Below are positions 48,671-59,090 of a stretch of DNA of 64,000 nt, piece after piece. The stretch spans positions 82,491 to 146,490 of the IMG/VR virus record IMGVR_UViG_3300049324_000002, one strand, 5' to 3'. Position 1 is the stretch's first letter, and each line of letters opens with the position of its first letter. The position numbers and the translations under genes were made by a program. The notes under the pieces are model-generated. The model worked only from the letters and a program-made list of their open reading frames with translations, had not been told where the DNA came from and ran no database searches. The stretch comes from a virus.

Positions 48671-49381
48671 TTACTGCATGAAGTTAGTGGACTGTGACGC
48701 TCTGAAGTCTTCAGGTCGCATATGAATACCAAACTCACCAATATGCAAAGCACGCGAAACCTGAGGATGCACAAACGTCATACCAAAACGCGGCAGAATC
48801 CGACGTCGAATATTCCAATCCCAACCAGCCTCAGACCCGTCAGGATTCCCTGTCGAATAATCCTTATCCCACGTATCGCGAAGGAACTTATACCAACGAT
48901 CACGCCACGTCCCCCACACCAAAGGACAAAAATCAGCAGCCGTATACATCACAGAAGGATCGCCTTGCTCATGAAAACTAGAAGCACAAACACCCAACAC
49001 ATCTAATTCATCTCGATAAGTCATGTGAGCTTCAGACATATACTCGAGCAAACCAGAAGACACAATAATGTCTTCCTCAACCAAAACAGTGAAGTCGGCG
49101 CCAGCCTTAAAAGAACTATCTAATGCATACCAAGGATTACCTAGAACACCAAGACGGCCCTCATTACACACCACAACCGTATCAGTTAACTCAGACTCAG
49201 CTATCCACCTATTAATAGCAAGTAGCGTATCCTCTTGGAACTCACCAGGCTCCACAAAGAAACTAAACGACCACTTATCTAAATCACGAACATGCAACCA
49301 TGAAGCAAGAGTCGCACGCAAATACGCAAGTCTATGCTCGTACGAGGACACCGTCATAACAACAGCCAAAGATTTATTCAT
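48671..49381 (-). CDS. glycosyltransferase (GT-A fold)
   Basis: R..YL..TL, VEED, WGTWRDRW, WDW, HIG. Confidence 0.8.
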   Translation of the reverse strand: MNKSLAVVMTVSSYEHRLAYLRATLASWLHVRDLDKWSFSFFVEPGEFQEDTLLAINRWIAESELTDTVVVCNEGRLGVLGNPWYALDSSFKAGADFTVLVEEDIIVSSGLLEYMSEAHMTYRDELDVLGVCASSFHEQGDPSVMYTAADFCPLVWGTWRDRWYKFLRDTWDKDYSTGNPDGSEAGWDWNIRRRILPRFGMTFVHPQVSRALHIGEFGIHMRPEDFRASQSTNFMQ

Positions 49382-50628
49382 GACTTACGTCCAATACGAA
49401 TAACAGTAACATCCTCTCGATCAGGAACGAACCCAAACGGATCCAGCACCACCGACCCAGGCGCATAAGCCAACGTACTAAAATCAGTATGCCTAGTTCC
49501 AATCACATACAAAGCCTTACCACTAACCTCATGCTCTCCATCAACATACGGATCATACGAACTAGCATCAATACCACGATCCATCAACATACTAAGAAGT
49601 AACAAAGCAGGAGAACCATAAACCAAATCAGACTGCGGCTTATACGACTTACCTAAAAGCAATACATTCAACCCAGTAAGATCGTGCCAATGCTCAACTA
49701 ACCCGGCCAACCACTCCGTCTGCGATTCTCTAGCACTCGCCATATAACCCATTAAATCAGTAGACAAATCGAGTCGCTCGGCCAACCAAGACATTGCAAT
49801 TAAGTCCCTAGGATGGCAAGCGCCACCGTCACCCATCCCACCGCGCATATAAGCAGGAGAAACAACACGATCTGTAGCCAAAGACAAAGCATCAACCACA
49901 AGGTCACAATCAGCACCAGTCTTATGCGAAACTTCCATTAACATATTAGCGAACACAATCTTCATACTAATGAACGTATTATAAGCAACCTTGACTAACT
50001 CAGCAGTATCGATAGGAGTAACAAACAAAGGCTTATCATGGACTAAACTATAAACCTCCCTTAGCCTATCGACATGTTCACTCTCACCATCATCGGAACC
50101 AACCAAAACAAACTCAGGATTCTCTAAATCACTAATAGTAGAACCCATAGCGATAAAGAACGGATTATAGATAAGGTGAGCATAAGGATTCTGCAGAGAA
50201 CGTAAATGACGACTGAACGTGCCAGGCAACGCTGTCGACACCACAACCGCCGTCACCGACCGACGCTGCCGCTCCGCTGCCCCGGCCGCATCCCGAACAG
50301 CCTGCGCCAAAAACCCGTACTCGAAGTCACGGCGCTCAGCAGGCATACGATTCTCACCGCCATACGCAGGAGCATGTGGAGTCTGAACCGCCACGAACAC
50401 CACGTCCGACTCAGCGACCACACCATCGATCGTGTCAGCAAGCTTCAGCGACGTCCGCGCCAGCAACGCCTCAATACCCGCCTCACGAGGAGGAGGCGCC
50501 ACGCCATCTAAAATCCTATCAGGCAAATCCGAAACATCATAACCAATAACCTGATGTCCATGATACGCAAACGTAAGAGCGCAAGGCAATCCGAGCTTGC
50601 CTAAACCGACCCAGCCGATTTTAGCCAC
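49378..50628 (-). CDS. UDP-glucose/GDP-mannose dehydrogenase
   Basis: GLGKLG, AVQTP, VST, YNPFF, AELVK, GGACHPRD, KSYKP. Confidence 0.93.
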   Translation of the reverse strand: MAKIGWVGLGKLGLPCALTFAYHGHQVIGYDVSDLPDRILDGVAPPPREAGIEALLARTSLKLADTIDGVVAESDVVFVAVQTPHAPAYGGENRMPAERRDFEYGFLAQAVRDAAGAAERQRRSVTAVVVSTALPGTFSRHLRSLQNPYAHLIYNPFFIAMGSTISDLENPEFVLVGSDDGESEHVDRLREVYSLVHDKPLFVTPIDTAELVKVAYNTFISMKIVFANMLMEVSHKTGADCDLVVDALSLATDRVVSPAYMRGGMGDGGACHPRDLIAMSWLAERLDLSTDLMGYMASARESQTEWLAGLVEHWHDLTGLNVLLLGKSYKPQSDLVYGSPALLLLSMLMDRGIDASSYDPYVDGEHEVSGKALYVIGTRHTDFSTLAYAPGSVVLDPFGFVPDREDVTVIRIGRKS

Positions 50629-51272
50629 TTAGCAACCTTCTCAATGTCAGTACGTAAGAGAGTTTGCATACGATCAGAGTAAAACTCTTCAGTCCTATAC
50701 CCACTAGAGGATTCGACAAAAGTCTGATCGTTATGGCCACCAGTTAAATCAAACCGGTCATGAAAGACATGAACGTCAAGCTTACGAAGAATGCCCAAAC
50801 TATTAGCCAAGTCCTGCAACCACGAATCAATATGATTAGACAAACTCATATGACCAAGAATACTATACAAAGCTCGAGACATAGCGGGAAAGCAACACAT
50901 AGTGTGCTCAACGCCAGTACTCGAAGGACTCAATACCAACGGTGAGCTACTATCGAATCTATGAAAAATAGAATCCCAACCCTGTAAATCCATCAACGCA
51001 TCATCATTCCACAAAAACAACCAGTCACCATTGGCCAACTCAGCCATACGATTCACATATAGATGAAGCTGATGATACCCAGCTCTCTCATCAAATCTGC
51101 AAGCAAACAAATTCATCTCTTTAGCAATATCACCTGTAGCCGGATCATCTATATCATAACCAACAAACACCCGAATAGAACTGGGATCATCTGCTGACCT
51201 ATACAAAGAAGACACAGACCGGCGCAACGAATCCGGGCGACCGCGAGACGGAAGCAAAACACTAATAGTCAA
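50601..51272 (-). CDS. glycosyltransferase family 2-like
   Basis: SVLLPSRGRP, DIDD, WNDD. Confidence 0.85.
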   Translation of the reverse strand: MTISVLLPSRGRPDSLRRSVSSLYRSADDPSSIRVFVGYDIDDPATGDIAKEMNLFACRFDERAGYHQLHLYVNRMAELANGDWLFLWNDDALMDLQGWDSIFHRFDSSSPLVLSPSSTGVEHTMCCFPAMSRALYSILGHMSLSNHIDSWLQDLANSLGILRKLDVHVFHDRFDLTGGHNDQTFVESSSGYRTEEFYSDRMQTLLRTDIEKVAKWLKSAGSV

Positions 51273-51274
51273 TG

Positions 51275-51637
51275 TTATGAACTTTCTCTATTTTCCAGTC
51301 CAACAGCGCTCTTCAACTGAGCACAAACATCAGGAGACTCAATAATCTCACAAAGACTAAAAGCTATCGCATTCAACTTACGCTGAACAGCAGCATCAGC
51401 ACGCTTCTGCGTATTCTGCAACAAAGCAACCAAAAGAAACGTGACGATAGTTGTTAGCGTATTTATAATCAACTGCCACGTATCAACACTAGGGAACACA
51501 AAATAAGATGGTGCCCACAATATCACAGTCAATACACAAAGAAGAAAAAACCAAGCACGCGAAACAAACTCACTCACAGTATTAGCAAACCTATCAAACA
51601 AAGACTGATGGCCAGAAACGTCCAAAGGCATTGTCAT
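51275..51637 (-). CDS. low-affinity iron permease (Fet4-like) family protein
   Basis: DTWQLIINTLTTIVTFLLVALLQNTQ.R...A.Q.KLN. Confidence 0.9.
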   Translation of the reverse strand: MTMPLDVSGHQSLFDRFANTVSEFVSRAWFFLLCVLTVILWAPSYFVFPSVDTWQLIINTLTTIVTFLLVALLQNTQKRADAAVQRKLNAIAFSLCEIIESPDVCAQLKSAVGLENRESS

Positions 51638-52020
51638 GACATAAGCCTAAGAAACTTATCGACTACATCATCATACGTACTAGCAGAGAAAACAGTCAAA
51701 CGCAAAAGAGCATCAGCACCAACCGTCAAGTCTGAATCAATAGCCTCGGAAGCGGCTACCTTGGCGCCCTTCGCATCCGCCCGTGCCTTCTTCGCATCCC
51801 ACTGAGCAATAGCCGCTGCAGCCTTAGCCTGAGTCTTCGCATTCACACCTTTACCAGTAGCCCACACCCTACAACGTGAAATAGCAATAGGAATCGCAGA
51901 CTCCAGATCCTTACCACCACGTTCTATCGCTCGAGCAATCTCACAAATATACTCAGGTAGGCCACCCTCATTCTCTACCCAGTTATGCTTACTGCTTCTA
52001 TCGAGACTGCACCCAGCCAT
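51634..52020 (-). CDS. hypothetical phage protein
   Basis: NWVE..GGLP.YI..IA.A motif; GGAG RBS. Confidence 0.75.
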   Translation of the reverse strand: MAGCSLDRSSKHNWVENEGGLPEYICEIARAIERGGKDLESAIPIAISRCRVWATGKGVNAKTQAKAAAAIAQWDAKKARADAKGAKVAASEAIDSDLTVGADALLRLTVFSASTYDDVVDKFLRLMS

Positions 52021-52084
52021 AGTGAAGCACTCCTCACCGACCCAAACACTATTAACAAAGTGTTCGGATAAAGAAAGGAGTGAC

Positions 52085-52306
52085 TTAAACTTCTATCTGT
52101 GACATCAGATGATCTACATAACGTTTCATCCAAGCATCACGCTCTGACTGAGTGCGGCATGACTGAAACCCGTAACGCCAAACAATGTCAGAGATACGAA
52201 TGCAATTGGTGAAACGAGAATCATCAGGACCATCTATCACAAGGTCAAGAACTGACCCGGGGAGTACCGGGGGCCTACCGAATGGAAGATCACGGTCCAT
52301 AACCAC
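52085..52306 (-). CDS. hypothetical protein
   Basis: ORF. Confidence 0.5.
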   Translation of the reverse strand: MVMDRDLPFGRPPVLPGSVLDLVIDGPDDSRFTNCIRISDIVWRYGFQSCRTQSERDAWMKRYVDHLMSQIEV

Positions 52307-52430
52307 CTCGAATCCTGCGAGGGGCGGCTCACGCCCACACCAAGGAGCGTGAGCCGGACGCTACGCTACGTAGCCACTTCGGATCAAGAGAAAGAATGGT
52401 CTTACACATCTTGACCTTCGAAGATCACTA

Positions 52431-52874
52431 CTACGAAGAACGGTTCTCAAGAATAATAAACCCGTCTGGAGTCTGAGATACCACTCCCAGACTCTCCAAC
52501 TGACGAAAGAAAACCTGAATCGTATCACGGGACCAACCCAAACTATCAACAACATCAATAAAATCTGAATTATAAAGAAGCACTCTGCCTTGCGCCTTCA
52601 ACTCGTGAAAACGATTCATCATGCGATTGCCAAACTGCTCGCCCACACTCATATCTTTCTCTTCAATCATTTGAAGCAAGGCACGCAAATCTCCGAAAGT
52701 AAGACCAGTTACAATATCATCTCCATACACATAAGACGTGGCAACAAGCAACTTAGTGTCATCTGGCGTTTCACTGTAAACAGCAATTGTATGCTTTAGA
52801 TTGCCAATAGGAGTACCATCAGTCTCAGGGACTCCTCTCAGTTCCAACTCTCTCACAAACTTATGCCTGTTCAT
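52431..52874 (-). CDS. protein with C-terminal copy of the TraB winged-helix domain
   Basis: RFHELKAQG..DF.DV...GW.R..I...LG.V..TPDGF matches the TraB C-terminus in this window. Confidence 0.75.
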   Translation of the reverse strand: MNRHKFVRELELRGVPETDGTPIGNLKHTIAVYSETPDDTKLLVATSYVYGDDIVTGLTFGDLRALLQMIEEKDMSVGEQFGNRMMNRFHELKAQGRVLLYNSDFIDVVDSLGWSRDTIQVFFRQLESLGVVSQTPDGFIILENRSS

Positions 52875-53076
52875 GCTTAATCACCCCATAATCAGAAGTT
52901 ACACGAGCCGAACGATTCCTCACTGCCTCATCACAATGCATACTACAAAGCAACAACCAGTACATCACACCCTCGTGTTTAATAGCAAAAGGTGCAGTAT
53001 GTTCGTTATCACACCGATGAAGATTATTATCGATATGAACGCATCTCTCAGACATCAGAAATTCCTCTTTCTCCAA
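52861..53076 (-). CDS. small Cys/His-rich protein
   Basis: ORF. Confidence 0.5.
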   Translation of the reverse strand: MEKEEFLMSERCVHIDNNLHRCDNEHTAPFAIKHEGVMYWLLLCSMHCDEAVRNRSARVTSDYGVIKHEQA

Positions 53077-53288
53077 GTATCTACTCTTTCATTCTTCAAA
53101 ACAGAAACACTAACAAAAATAGGTTCCGCTAAACCAGTACCAGGAATTCTACTCTCACGAACCTGAATACAACCATCCTCATTAGGAACACCATGATTAA
53201 TTACCAAACCGAAACAACGACCATTAGGTCGACCAGCACACGGCCAACTAACAGCATCATGGAACTCAAACGACTGCTGGTCTCTCAT
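53055..53288 (-). CDS. SH3-like small protein
   Basis: PNEDGCIQV...FVSVSVL. Confidence 0.55.
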   Translation of the reverse strand: MRDQQSFEFHDAVSWPCAGRPNGRCFGLVINHGVPNEDGCIQVRESRIPGTGLAEPIFVSVSVLKNERVDTWRKRNF

Positions 53289-53463
53289 TAAAATTCACCA
53301 GTCCTTACATCATGTACAAGACAGACAAGGAAAACTACCAAAACGCTAAGCGCAAATGCAGGCACCATTAACATAGCGATTATAGCCAAAGGAAGCCAAA
53401 TAAAAGAACCAACTATACTAAGTATGAAAAATAAAAACCAGTAACCAAAAAGAAAAATACCCA

Positions 53464-53985
53464 TCACGTCCACTGAACCTTCCGGCCATGATCCATAGCC
53501 CACTTAGCAATAACCTCAAGCTCGATTAACTTCTCGTCCACGTAACCCTCACGACGACCGCACTGCGTCACTCGAGGCCCACCCGGGGGCGAGTCGTCAT
53601 GCCACGGCACACCAGCATCAGACGGAGCAACCACCATCGCCATCAGCACCCGGCCAAGAAAATCAGCAGCATCCAACGCGCCATCATCGACACAGTAAAA
53701 CAGCCCGTCGATGACGTCAGCGTCCTGCGGACGCAACCCCAGCACCTCCAGGAGCACGGCACCATTCGCGCTCGACACATTCAGCGTGGGGACCACCGTC
53801 ACGTCCTGAATGAAGCAACCATCCAAGTCCGCGCACTCCTCACAACCCTTGACATGAAGATTAGACAACTTCTTCGCGTCACCATACGACTCGACCTCGC
53901 CCACCAACTTATCGTTCTCACAGCACGTCACACGATGACCCGTGATATCGCCCTCTTCGAACGCTGGGCAAAAATCGACAGACAT
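53464..53985 (-). CDS. hypothetical protein
   Basis: LNVSSANG..LL..LG; CGRREGY; promoter TTGACG-N17-TATGCT upstream. Confidence 0.8.
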   Translation of the reverse strand: MSVDFCPAFEEGDITGHRVTCCENDKLVGEVESYGDAKKLSNLHVKGCEECADLDGCFIQDVTVVPTLNVSSANGAVLLEVLGLRPQDADVIDGLFYCVDDGALDAADFLGRVLMAMVVAPSDAGVPWHDDSPPGGPRVTQCGRREGYVDEKLIELEVIAKWAMDHGRKVQWT

Positions 53986-54205
53986 GATGACCCCTTCAGG
54001 TTGACAACATCGTAAGCATAGCCTGACTCACGGACATCGTCAAGTTCACAGCCGTATCATACCCTTACCGTCGCACACAAAACACCAACCGCGCTCCCAC
54101 TCCTCAGAAACAATGTTAAAAACCTGAATCATGCCAGAGCGACATGCTGTACATCTTCGATAATTATCCATAAATCCACGTCGCTTCTTTTTCCTACGAA
54201 AACAT

Positions 54206-54823
54206 TTAAACATCGAAAATCTTCTCTAACGTATTCGATGACAAAGCAGCTAACAAAGTCGCAATAGACGGAGGCTCAAGACCGAACCGTACCTCTTCCT
54301 CATCTTCACAACGACAAATTACATCGGCAGAAAGAATTCTAGTCTGACGATCATCATCGAAAGTCCCAGTGAAACTACTCCAACAAGTATCACGAACACC
54401 GCGAAAACGCGACCAATCAATACCACAAGTCAAAAGATGCAATGTCTCAGATTCCCGACCCCAATACGTATTCCCATACGAACCATGTACATCACCGCGC
54501 GATATAACCGCAGCAAGCAACTCCATGTCTGAACAAGGCCGCTGCGAACCCTCAGCGACCGCATCCGAATGCAACTCAACAGCCAAATCCTCTAAAGAAG
54601 GCTTAGGCCCAGTAAAAACACAACTCAGCGTAGGCTGTCCATGATTCTTGCCAATCTTAAAAAGACTGGGAAAAGTCTCAAGAGCCCGTCTGGTAGACGA
54701 ATCCAACCCACCAACGAATAGCTCATTGCCCTGAACATGTCCATCAAGACGAACTAGACGATACTTCAACATATTCAAATACATGATGACCCCTTCACAG
54801 TCGCGATGTAGACATACTAGCAT
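54206..54823 (-). CDS. hypothetical protein (probable start MYLNM)
   Basis: ORF. Confidence 0.65.
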   Translation of the reverse strand: MLVCLHRDCEGVIMYLNMLKYRLVRLDGHVQGNELFVGGLDSSTRRALETFPSLFKIGKNHGQPTLSCVFTGPKPSLEDLAVELHSDAVAEGSQRPCSDMELLAAVISRGDVHGSYGNTYWGRESETLHLLTCGIDWSRFRGVRDTCWSSFTGTFDDDRQTRILSADVICRCEDEEEVRFGLEPPSIATLLAALSSNTLEKIFDV

Positions 54824-54847
54824 CTACATCGCAACCTCGCAAATCGG

Positions 54848-55867
54848 TTATCGCTCGCAACACCACTTAGCCTGCCTGATCGTAGCCATCGCAGCCTCGC
54901 GAGGTCGACGCGCCAACCCGCACGACGCAGCCACATGCACCACCCGATCAGGCACCGACGAACGCTTCACAGCACGCCGGATCCCACCAAGAATCCTACC
55001 CACCTCCGAGTCAGTAAGACCCTCATGCAAAAACCCAGCAACCAACTTCGTCTTAGGATGAATATTAAGAAGACAAAAATCATCGTAAAAAGATGGATCA
55101 GTTATAGGAGTCTTTTCACCCTCAGCAAGCGGAACATGCATATACTCAAAAACACTATCATTTCTAAGTGCTCTCGCATCAACAGAATTAATGAAACTCA
55201 TCATATGTCTAACACTCTTCAACTTACCCTTAGCTTTATGACCCAAATCACCCAAACAAGGGTGGCCACCCACCCGGCCACCCACCGCAATGAAATCCTG
55301 AGGAGCAACCAAATACGATAACAAAGGAATAAGGAACGGTGCCTGCATAGCACCAACAGTAGGTACAGGATACTCAAGCTGGAAAATCAAAGGAATATTA
55401 GCGGAAGAATAAATCCGATGCATCTCACGAACAACAGCATCGTAAAACGCCTTACGATTACGGAACCCCACCACAGGACCAAGAGCAAAAATAGAAGTAT
55501 CAAAGGGATGCGGAACCGTCTCAAGGTATGGAATGTTTAGACCGAAACGCTCCATCGCATCCAGGTACTCATGAATCTCTTCTTCAAACAAATCATTGTA
55601 ACCAAGATTAATATCGAAAGTATTTAGAGTACTCACTCTCAACCCAAGACGGGATCCATGATCGTAATCAGACCAGTCCCCCTCTTTCTTCGTATAAAAT
55701 GCAGACTGCGTAGCTAATCTATTTATTACATCAACAACCCAACGAGGACGATTAGGTGAACCATTCGGTACAGCAATCAAATGCTCGCCCAACTCAGACA
55801 AAGCCACATCGTAGAACTCGCGCATAGAATTAAACGGACCACTGCCAAGAAGCAATGCCTGAGTCAT
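54848..55867 (-). CDS. cobalamin-independent methionine synthase (MetE)/URO-D-like zinc enzyme
   Basis: LGS.P, HPCLGDLGHK (HxC), GFLHE, SCGLAR. Confidence 0.75.
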   Translation of the reverse strand: MTQALLLGSGPFNSMREFYDVALSELGEHLIAVPNGSPNRPRWVVDVINRLATQSAFYTKKEGDWSDYDHGSRLGLRVSTLNTFDINLGYNDLFEEEIHEYLDAMERFGLNIPYLETVPHPFDTSIFALGPVVGFRNRKAFYDAVVREMHRIYSSANIPLIFQLEYPVPTVGAMQAPFLIPLLSYLVAPQDFIAVGGRVGGHPCLGDLGHKAKGKLKSVRHMMSFINSVDARALRNDSVFEYMHVPLAEGEKTPITDPSFYDDFCLLNIHPKTKLVAGFLHEGLTDSEVGRILGGIRRAVKRSSVPDRVVHVAASCGLARRPREAAMATIRQAKWCCER

Positions 55868-55877
55868 AGAGTATTCC

Positions 55878-56081
55878 TCACTCCTGTGGTCGACGCGGAC
55901 AATTTCTCATACGATCAGCAATAGTCTTAGCCTCATCAGCAGTATCGCTTAACCAATCCGCTATCTTTGGATAAGTGGAAAAAGAATCAATCAGTACCTC
56001 GGATCGAGAAACCAACTCATCCAACTTAGATACCTTTGCATCCCACTCCACACGAGTAGTAGGCAAAGGCATCCTATACAT
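55878..56081 (-). CDS. hypothetical protein
   Basis: ORF. Confidence 0.55.
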   Translation of the reverse strand: MYRMPLPTTRVEWDAKVSKLDELVSRSEVLIDSFSTYPKIADWLSDTADEAKTIADRMRNCPRRPQE

Positions 56082-56523
56082 CAGGAACTACAATGATAGC
56101 CTGTGCCTGAGACAAAGCAGTCGCACGACCAAGAACTAACAAAGCAGCCTCCGGCATGCCATCATCCTCCAAATACTTAGCCATCTCCCGCAGTTCGAAA
56201 ATAGCTCTCTCATCACTAGGACCAGGGCCATACCAAACAGTATCCCCTTTATCATCTAGTACAGAAACAGTACTCCACTCGTCGCCCTCCTCACGCCACC
56301 AAAAACCAGGGCCACGACTACCAAACAACGGTCCAGTACACTGATGACAAAGAGTAGGAGTGCCTTCGTTCTCAGCCTCCTCAATAGCAGCTTCAATCGA
56401 GTTAGCCTCAACCACCAATCCAACACTCGAACCAGTCTCAAAAACAACCGTAAAGACAGACACAACAACCTCACAAAGTATTAGAGTAGTGGAGGTGGGC
56501 GACGGCTGTATTCTCTGCTGCAA
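56074..56523 (-). CDS. hypothetical protein
   Basis: VEANS.E.AIE.A...LCHQC. Confidence 0.65.
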   Translation of the reverse strand: MQQRIQPSPTSTTLILCEVVVSVFTVVFETGSSVGLVVEANSIEAAIEEAENEGTPTLCHQCTGPLFGSRGPGFWWREEGDEWSTVSVLDDKGDTVWYGPGPSDERAIFELREMAKYLEDDGMPEAALLVLGRATALSQAQAIIVVPDV

Positions 56524-56589
56524 TCACAGATAGCGTTGTCGTTTAACTTCTTCTCAGCAACGCCTTTGGCTGAGAACCCACCTACTCAA

Positions 56590-57051
56590 CTACTTCGATT
56601 CACTCTCAGGGAAAACAGTGTCAAACCACGAACGCGGATCAACAATCTCATCAGCAGGATCAACAGGCAATCTAGGAATCTCCTTGTATTCAATAACCAA
56701 GAAACAAGGGTGATCTCCGATTGCTTCCTGCAGTTCCGGCCAATCCATAACACCAACACGATCTCTGTTGCTTGTCACATACCAGCGACTATCAATTCTC
56801 AACGCCACAAACACGTAAGGCTGCTCAGTGCCCGGGAAAGTGCGCTCCCACCGCAACACCGAACCCACCGGGGGCTGCTTCGGGAACCGGCTCTGAATAG
56901 CAGCCACATCCAACACACCCCCCAGCACAGCATGCAACTCAGCCATACGTGCAGCCTGCTCTCGACTCTGCCGCACAGCAAGCTCTCCTCTCTTATCAGG
57001 TCTAGCAGAATAAACTACATCACTGTAAAGATCATCAATATCAGGATTCAT
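56590..57051 (-). CDS. hypothetical protein
   Basis: PPVGSVLRW...Y.FVALR...WYVT. Confidence 0.75.
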   Translation of the reverse strand: MNPDIDDLYSDVVYSARPDKRGELAVRQSREQAARMAELHAVLGGVLDVAAIQSRFPKQPPVGSVLRWERTFPGTEQPYVFVALRIDSRWYVTSNRDRVGVMDWPELQEAIGDHPCFLVIEYKEIPRLPVDPADEIVDPRSWFDTVFPESESK

Positions 57052-57086
57052 GCATTCTCTCCGATCAAGAATTTGTCTCCATAGTC

Positions 57087-57323
57087 CTACCCGGCCGAAG
57101 GTGCGGGGAGAATCTCCTCAATACGAGCCCGTAACCAAGAAGCCTCCTCGAAAAGATTATCCTGCTCCCATTCATTAGCCATTATAGATAACTCGTGAGC
57201 AAGCATGAAGGGAAATGCCTCAATAAGAGCATCACGGTGAGCTTCCGCATAATTCGTCATACGGAAAGCTCGAGCATAAGGCAAATCAAAAACAGCAGAC
57301 GGAATCTCCAATTCACGTGTCAT
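57087..57323 (-). CDS. hypothetical protein
   Basis: ORF. Confidence 0.6.
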   Translation of the reverse strand: MTRELEIPSAVFDLPYARAFRMTNYAEAHRDALIEAFPFMLAHELSIMANEWEQDNLFEEASWLRARIEEILPAPSAG

Positions 57324-57332
57324 AACAATCCT

Positions 57333-57623
57333 CTACTCGGGGGCATACTGGGTAAGCAAAATCGTGTCAGTAATTCCTTGCTCAGCACTCCCAATATGAA
57401 CAATCTTAGCGGCATACCAAGCCTCGCCACCCTCAGTCCCAGCAAGCTGAGCAGCCGTCTTATACGCTTCAAGGGCATTCTGAGCGGCAACCAATACTGC
57501 CTGACGCTGACCATAACTAACGTATTCAGAGCGTCGAGTAAGAATAAACAGATCCATCATAACCCCTTCACGTAAGCCAACTATTATACTTCCATTCACT
57601 CTGTACTTCCAACGCACGAACAA
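57333..57623 (-). CDS. hypothetical protein (probable start MMDLF)
   Basis: ORF. Confidence 0.55.
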   Translation of the reverse strand: MFVRWKYRVNGSIIVGLREGVMMDLFILTRRSEYVSYGQRQAVLVAAQNALEAYKTAAQLAGTEGGEAWYAAKIVHIGSAEQGITDTILLTQYAPE

Positions 57624-58094
57624 AGATAAAGAACATCTGCCAATCTTGCTGCTTCTTAGTAACTAAGACACCAACAGCAAGAATGGCACCCATATTCTCT
57701 TCAGCTAAATCACGAGCAGCATCCTCAAACCAATCGGGATATACTTCCTTCATTCTCCCTCACCTCGTCGCACCACGTACAATGATCTATTAGAGTTCGT
57801 TGATGATACCTTTTATGGTACCACTTCATAGAAACAATGCCAGGCTTGAAAGCTAGGAACAAGAAAAAAAGCGCTCCAACAGCGAACAAAACATTAACCC
57901 AAATACTGTGCATCACGTTACCTCTTCCTCACCACAGTCAACACAGTAACGCTTCCCGACCACACGCTCTGGACTAAAATCATGGCCGTACCATTGGCAG
58001 GTGGTCCAATCACACCACGCCTCATCACTGCCATACATGACCGACCACCTCCAAGTTCCTGCAAGACTAGCATAGCCTGCAAAACCTGTCAAAC

Positions 58095-59084
58095 TCACGA
58101 CCTAGAAAAACCGCTGACCAAGCTTCGCAATAAATCCTGCAGGAAAGGTATGCCATGAGGGAAGACGCTGGGGAGCCACTGCAGCATCACCGCATACGCT
58201 AGCGCAATCATCATGAAAATGAGAATCCATTTAACAATGACCTTCTCAAAAAACCCACCAGTATCGAACGGCAGCGGCGAGTAAAACTCCTCCCAAGTAA
58301 GGGGAGAAAGAAAAGCCAGTCCAGCCGTGGTGCACGTATCAGCAAAATCATGCGACAACATGCCCAGAGCGACGCACGTGCCCCACAACCAACCCATGTC
58401 TACAAGATGATCCGCCAACCCGACCACGCCGAAATGAATGGCACCAGTCACGACATACAACGCAAGTACCGGACCGGCAAACACGAGATCCCCGGCCAGA
58501 CCAACGGTAGTCACGAAAACGATAACCGAAATCCACCAAGGCCCAGCGGCGCACATATAACCAATAACCAGTCCAACAAATATAGCCGTAAACACAGAAT
58601 GAGTGAATCCACGATGCGCAGATCTCCACATTCGTTTACGACCTACGAGAAACCATAACCCCTGCGGCAAGTAAGAACACAATGACGTACGGAACCGTCC
58701 GGCCTGAAAATACCCATTCCAAGCAGGTGGATCATGACCACGTCTCGTCAACGTATAGAGAATGCGGTTAATCCAAACCACAATCATATGCAGTGGAAAT
58801 GTTACAGGTGGAAAGGCACGAGTTACAGTAGCGCCATGGTGGTCAATATCATTCCATTCACCAGCACCCCCCACAATGGCAGGCGCAATTAACACATCAG
58901 CGGCCCAGGTAATACCAATTAATTGAGCGCCAAATGCACACCCAGCGAGGCCCCAAACGACCCCCATCCGAACGTGCTGCCTGACTTCCACGGCCGTATA
59001 CCTCTCATCGGGGGAGATTGCAAATACCTGGGAGCCATGTTGCTCCAGATTTGTATCGTTGCACACTCCTACCCGTGAGACCAC
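58095..59084 (-). CDS. membrane-bound metal-dependent hydrolase (YdjM-like)
   Basis: DIDH, HRGFTHS, SHDFAD..T..G. Confidence 0.85.
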   Translation of the reverse strand: MVSRVGVCNDTNLEQHGSQVFAISPDERYTAVEVRQHVRMGVVWGLAGCAFGAQLIGITWAADVLIAPAIVGGAGEWNDIDHHGATVTRAFPPVTFPLHMIVVWINRILYTLTRRGHDPPAWNGYFQAGRFRTSLCSYLPQGLWFLVGRKRMWRSAHRGFTHSVFTAIFVGLVIGYMCAAGPWWISVIVFVTTVGLAGDLVFAGPVLALYVVTGAIHFGVVGLADHLVDMGWLWGTCVALGMLSHDFADTCTTAGLAFLSPLTWEEFYSPLPFDTGGFFEKVIVKWILIFMMIALAYAVMLQWLPSVFPHGIPFLQDLLRSLVSGFSRS

Positions 59085-59090
59085 GCGACC

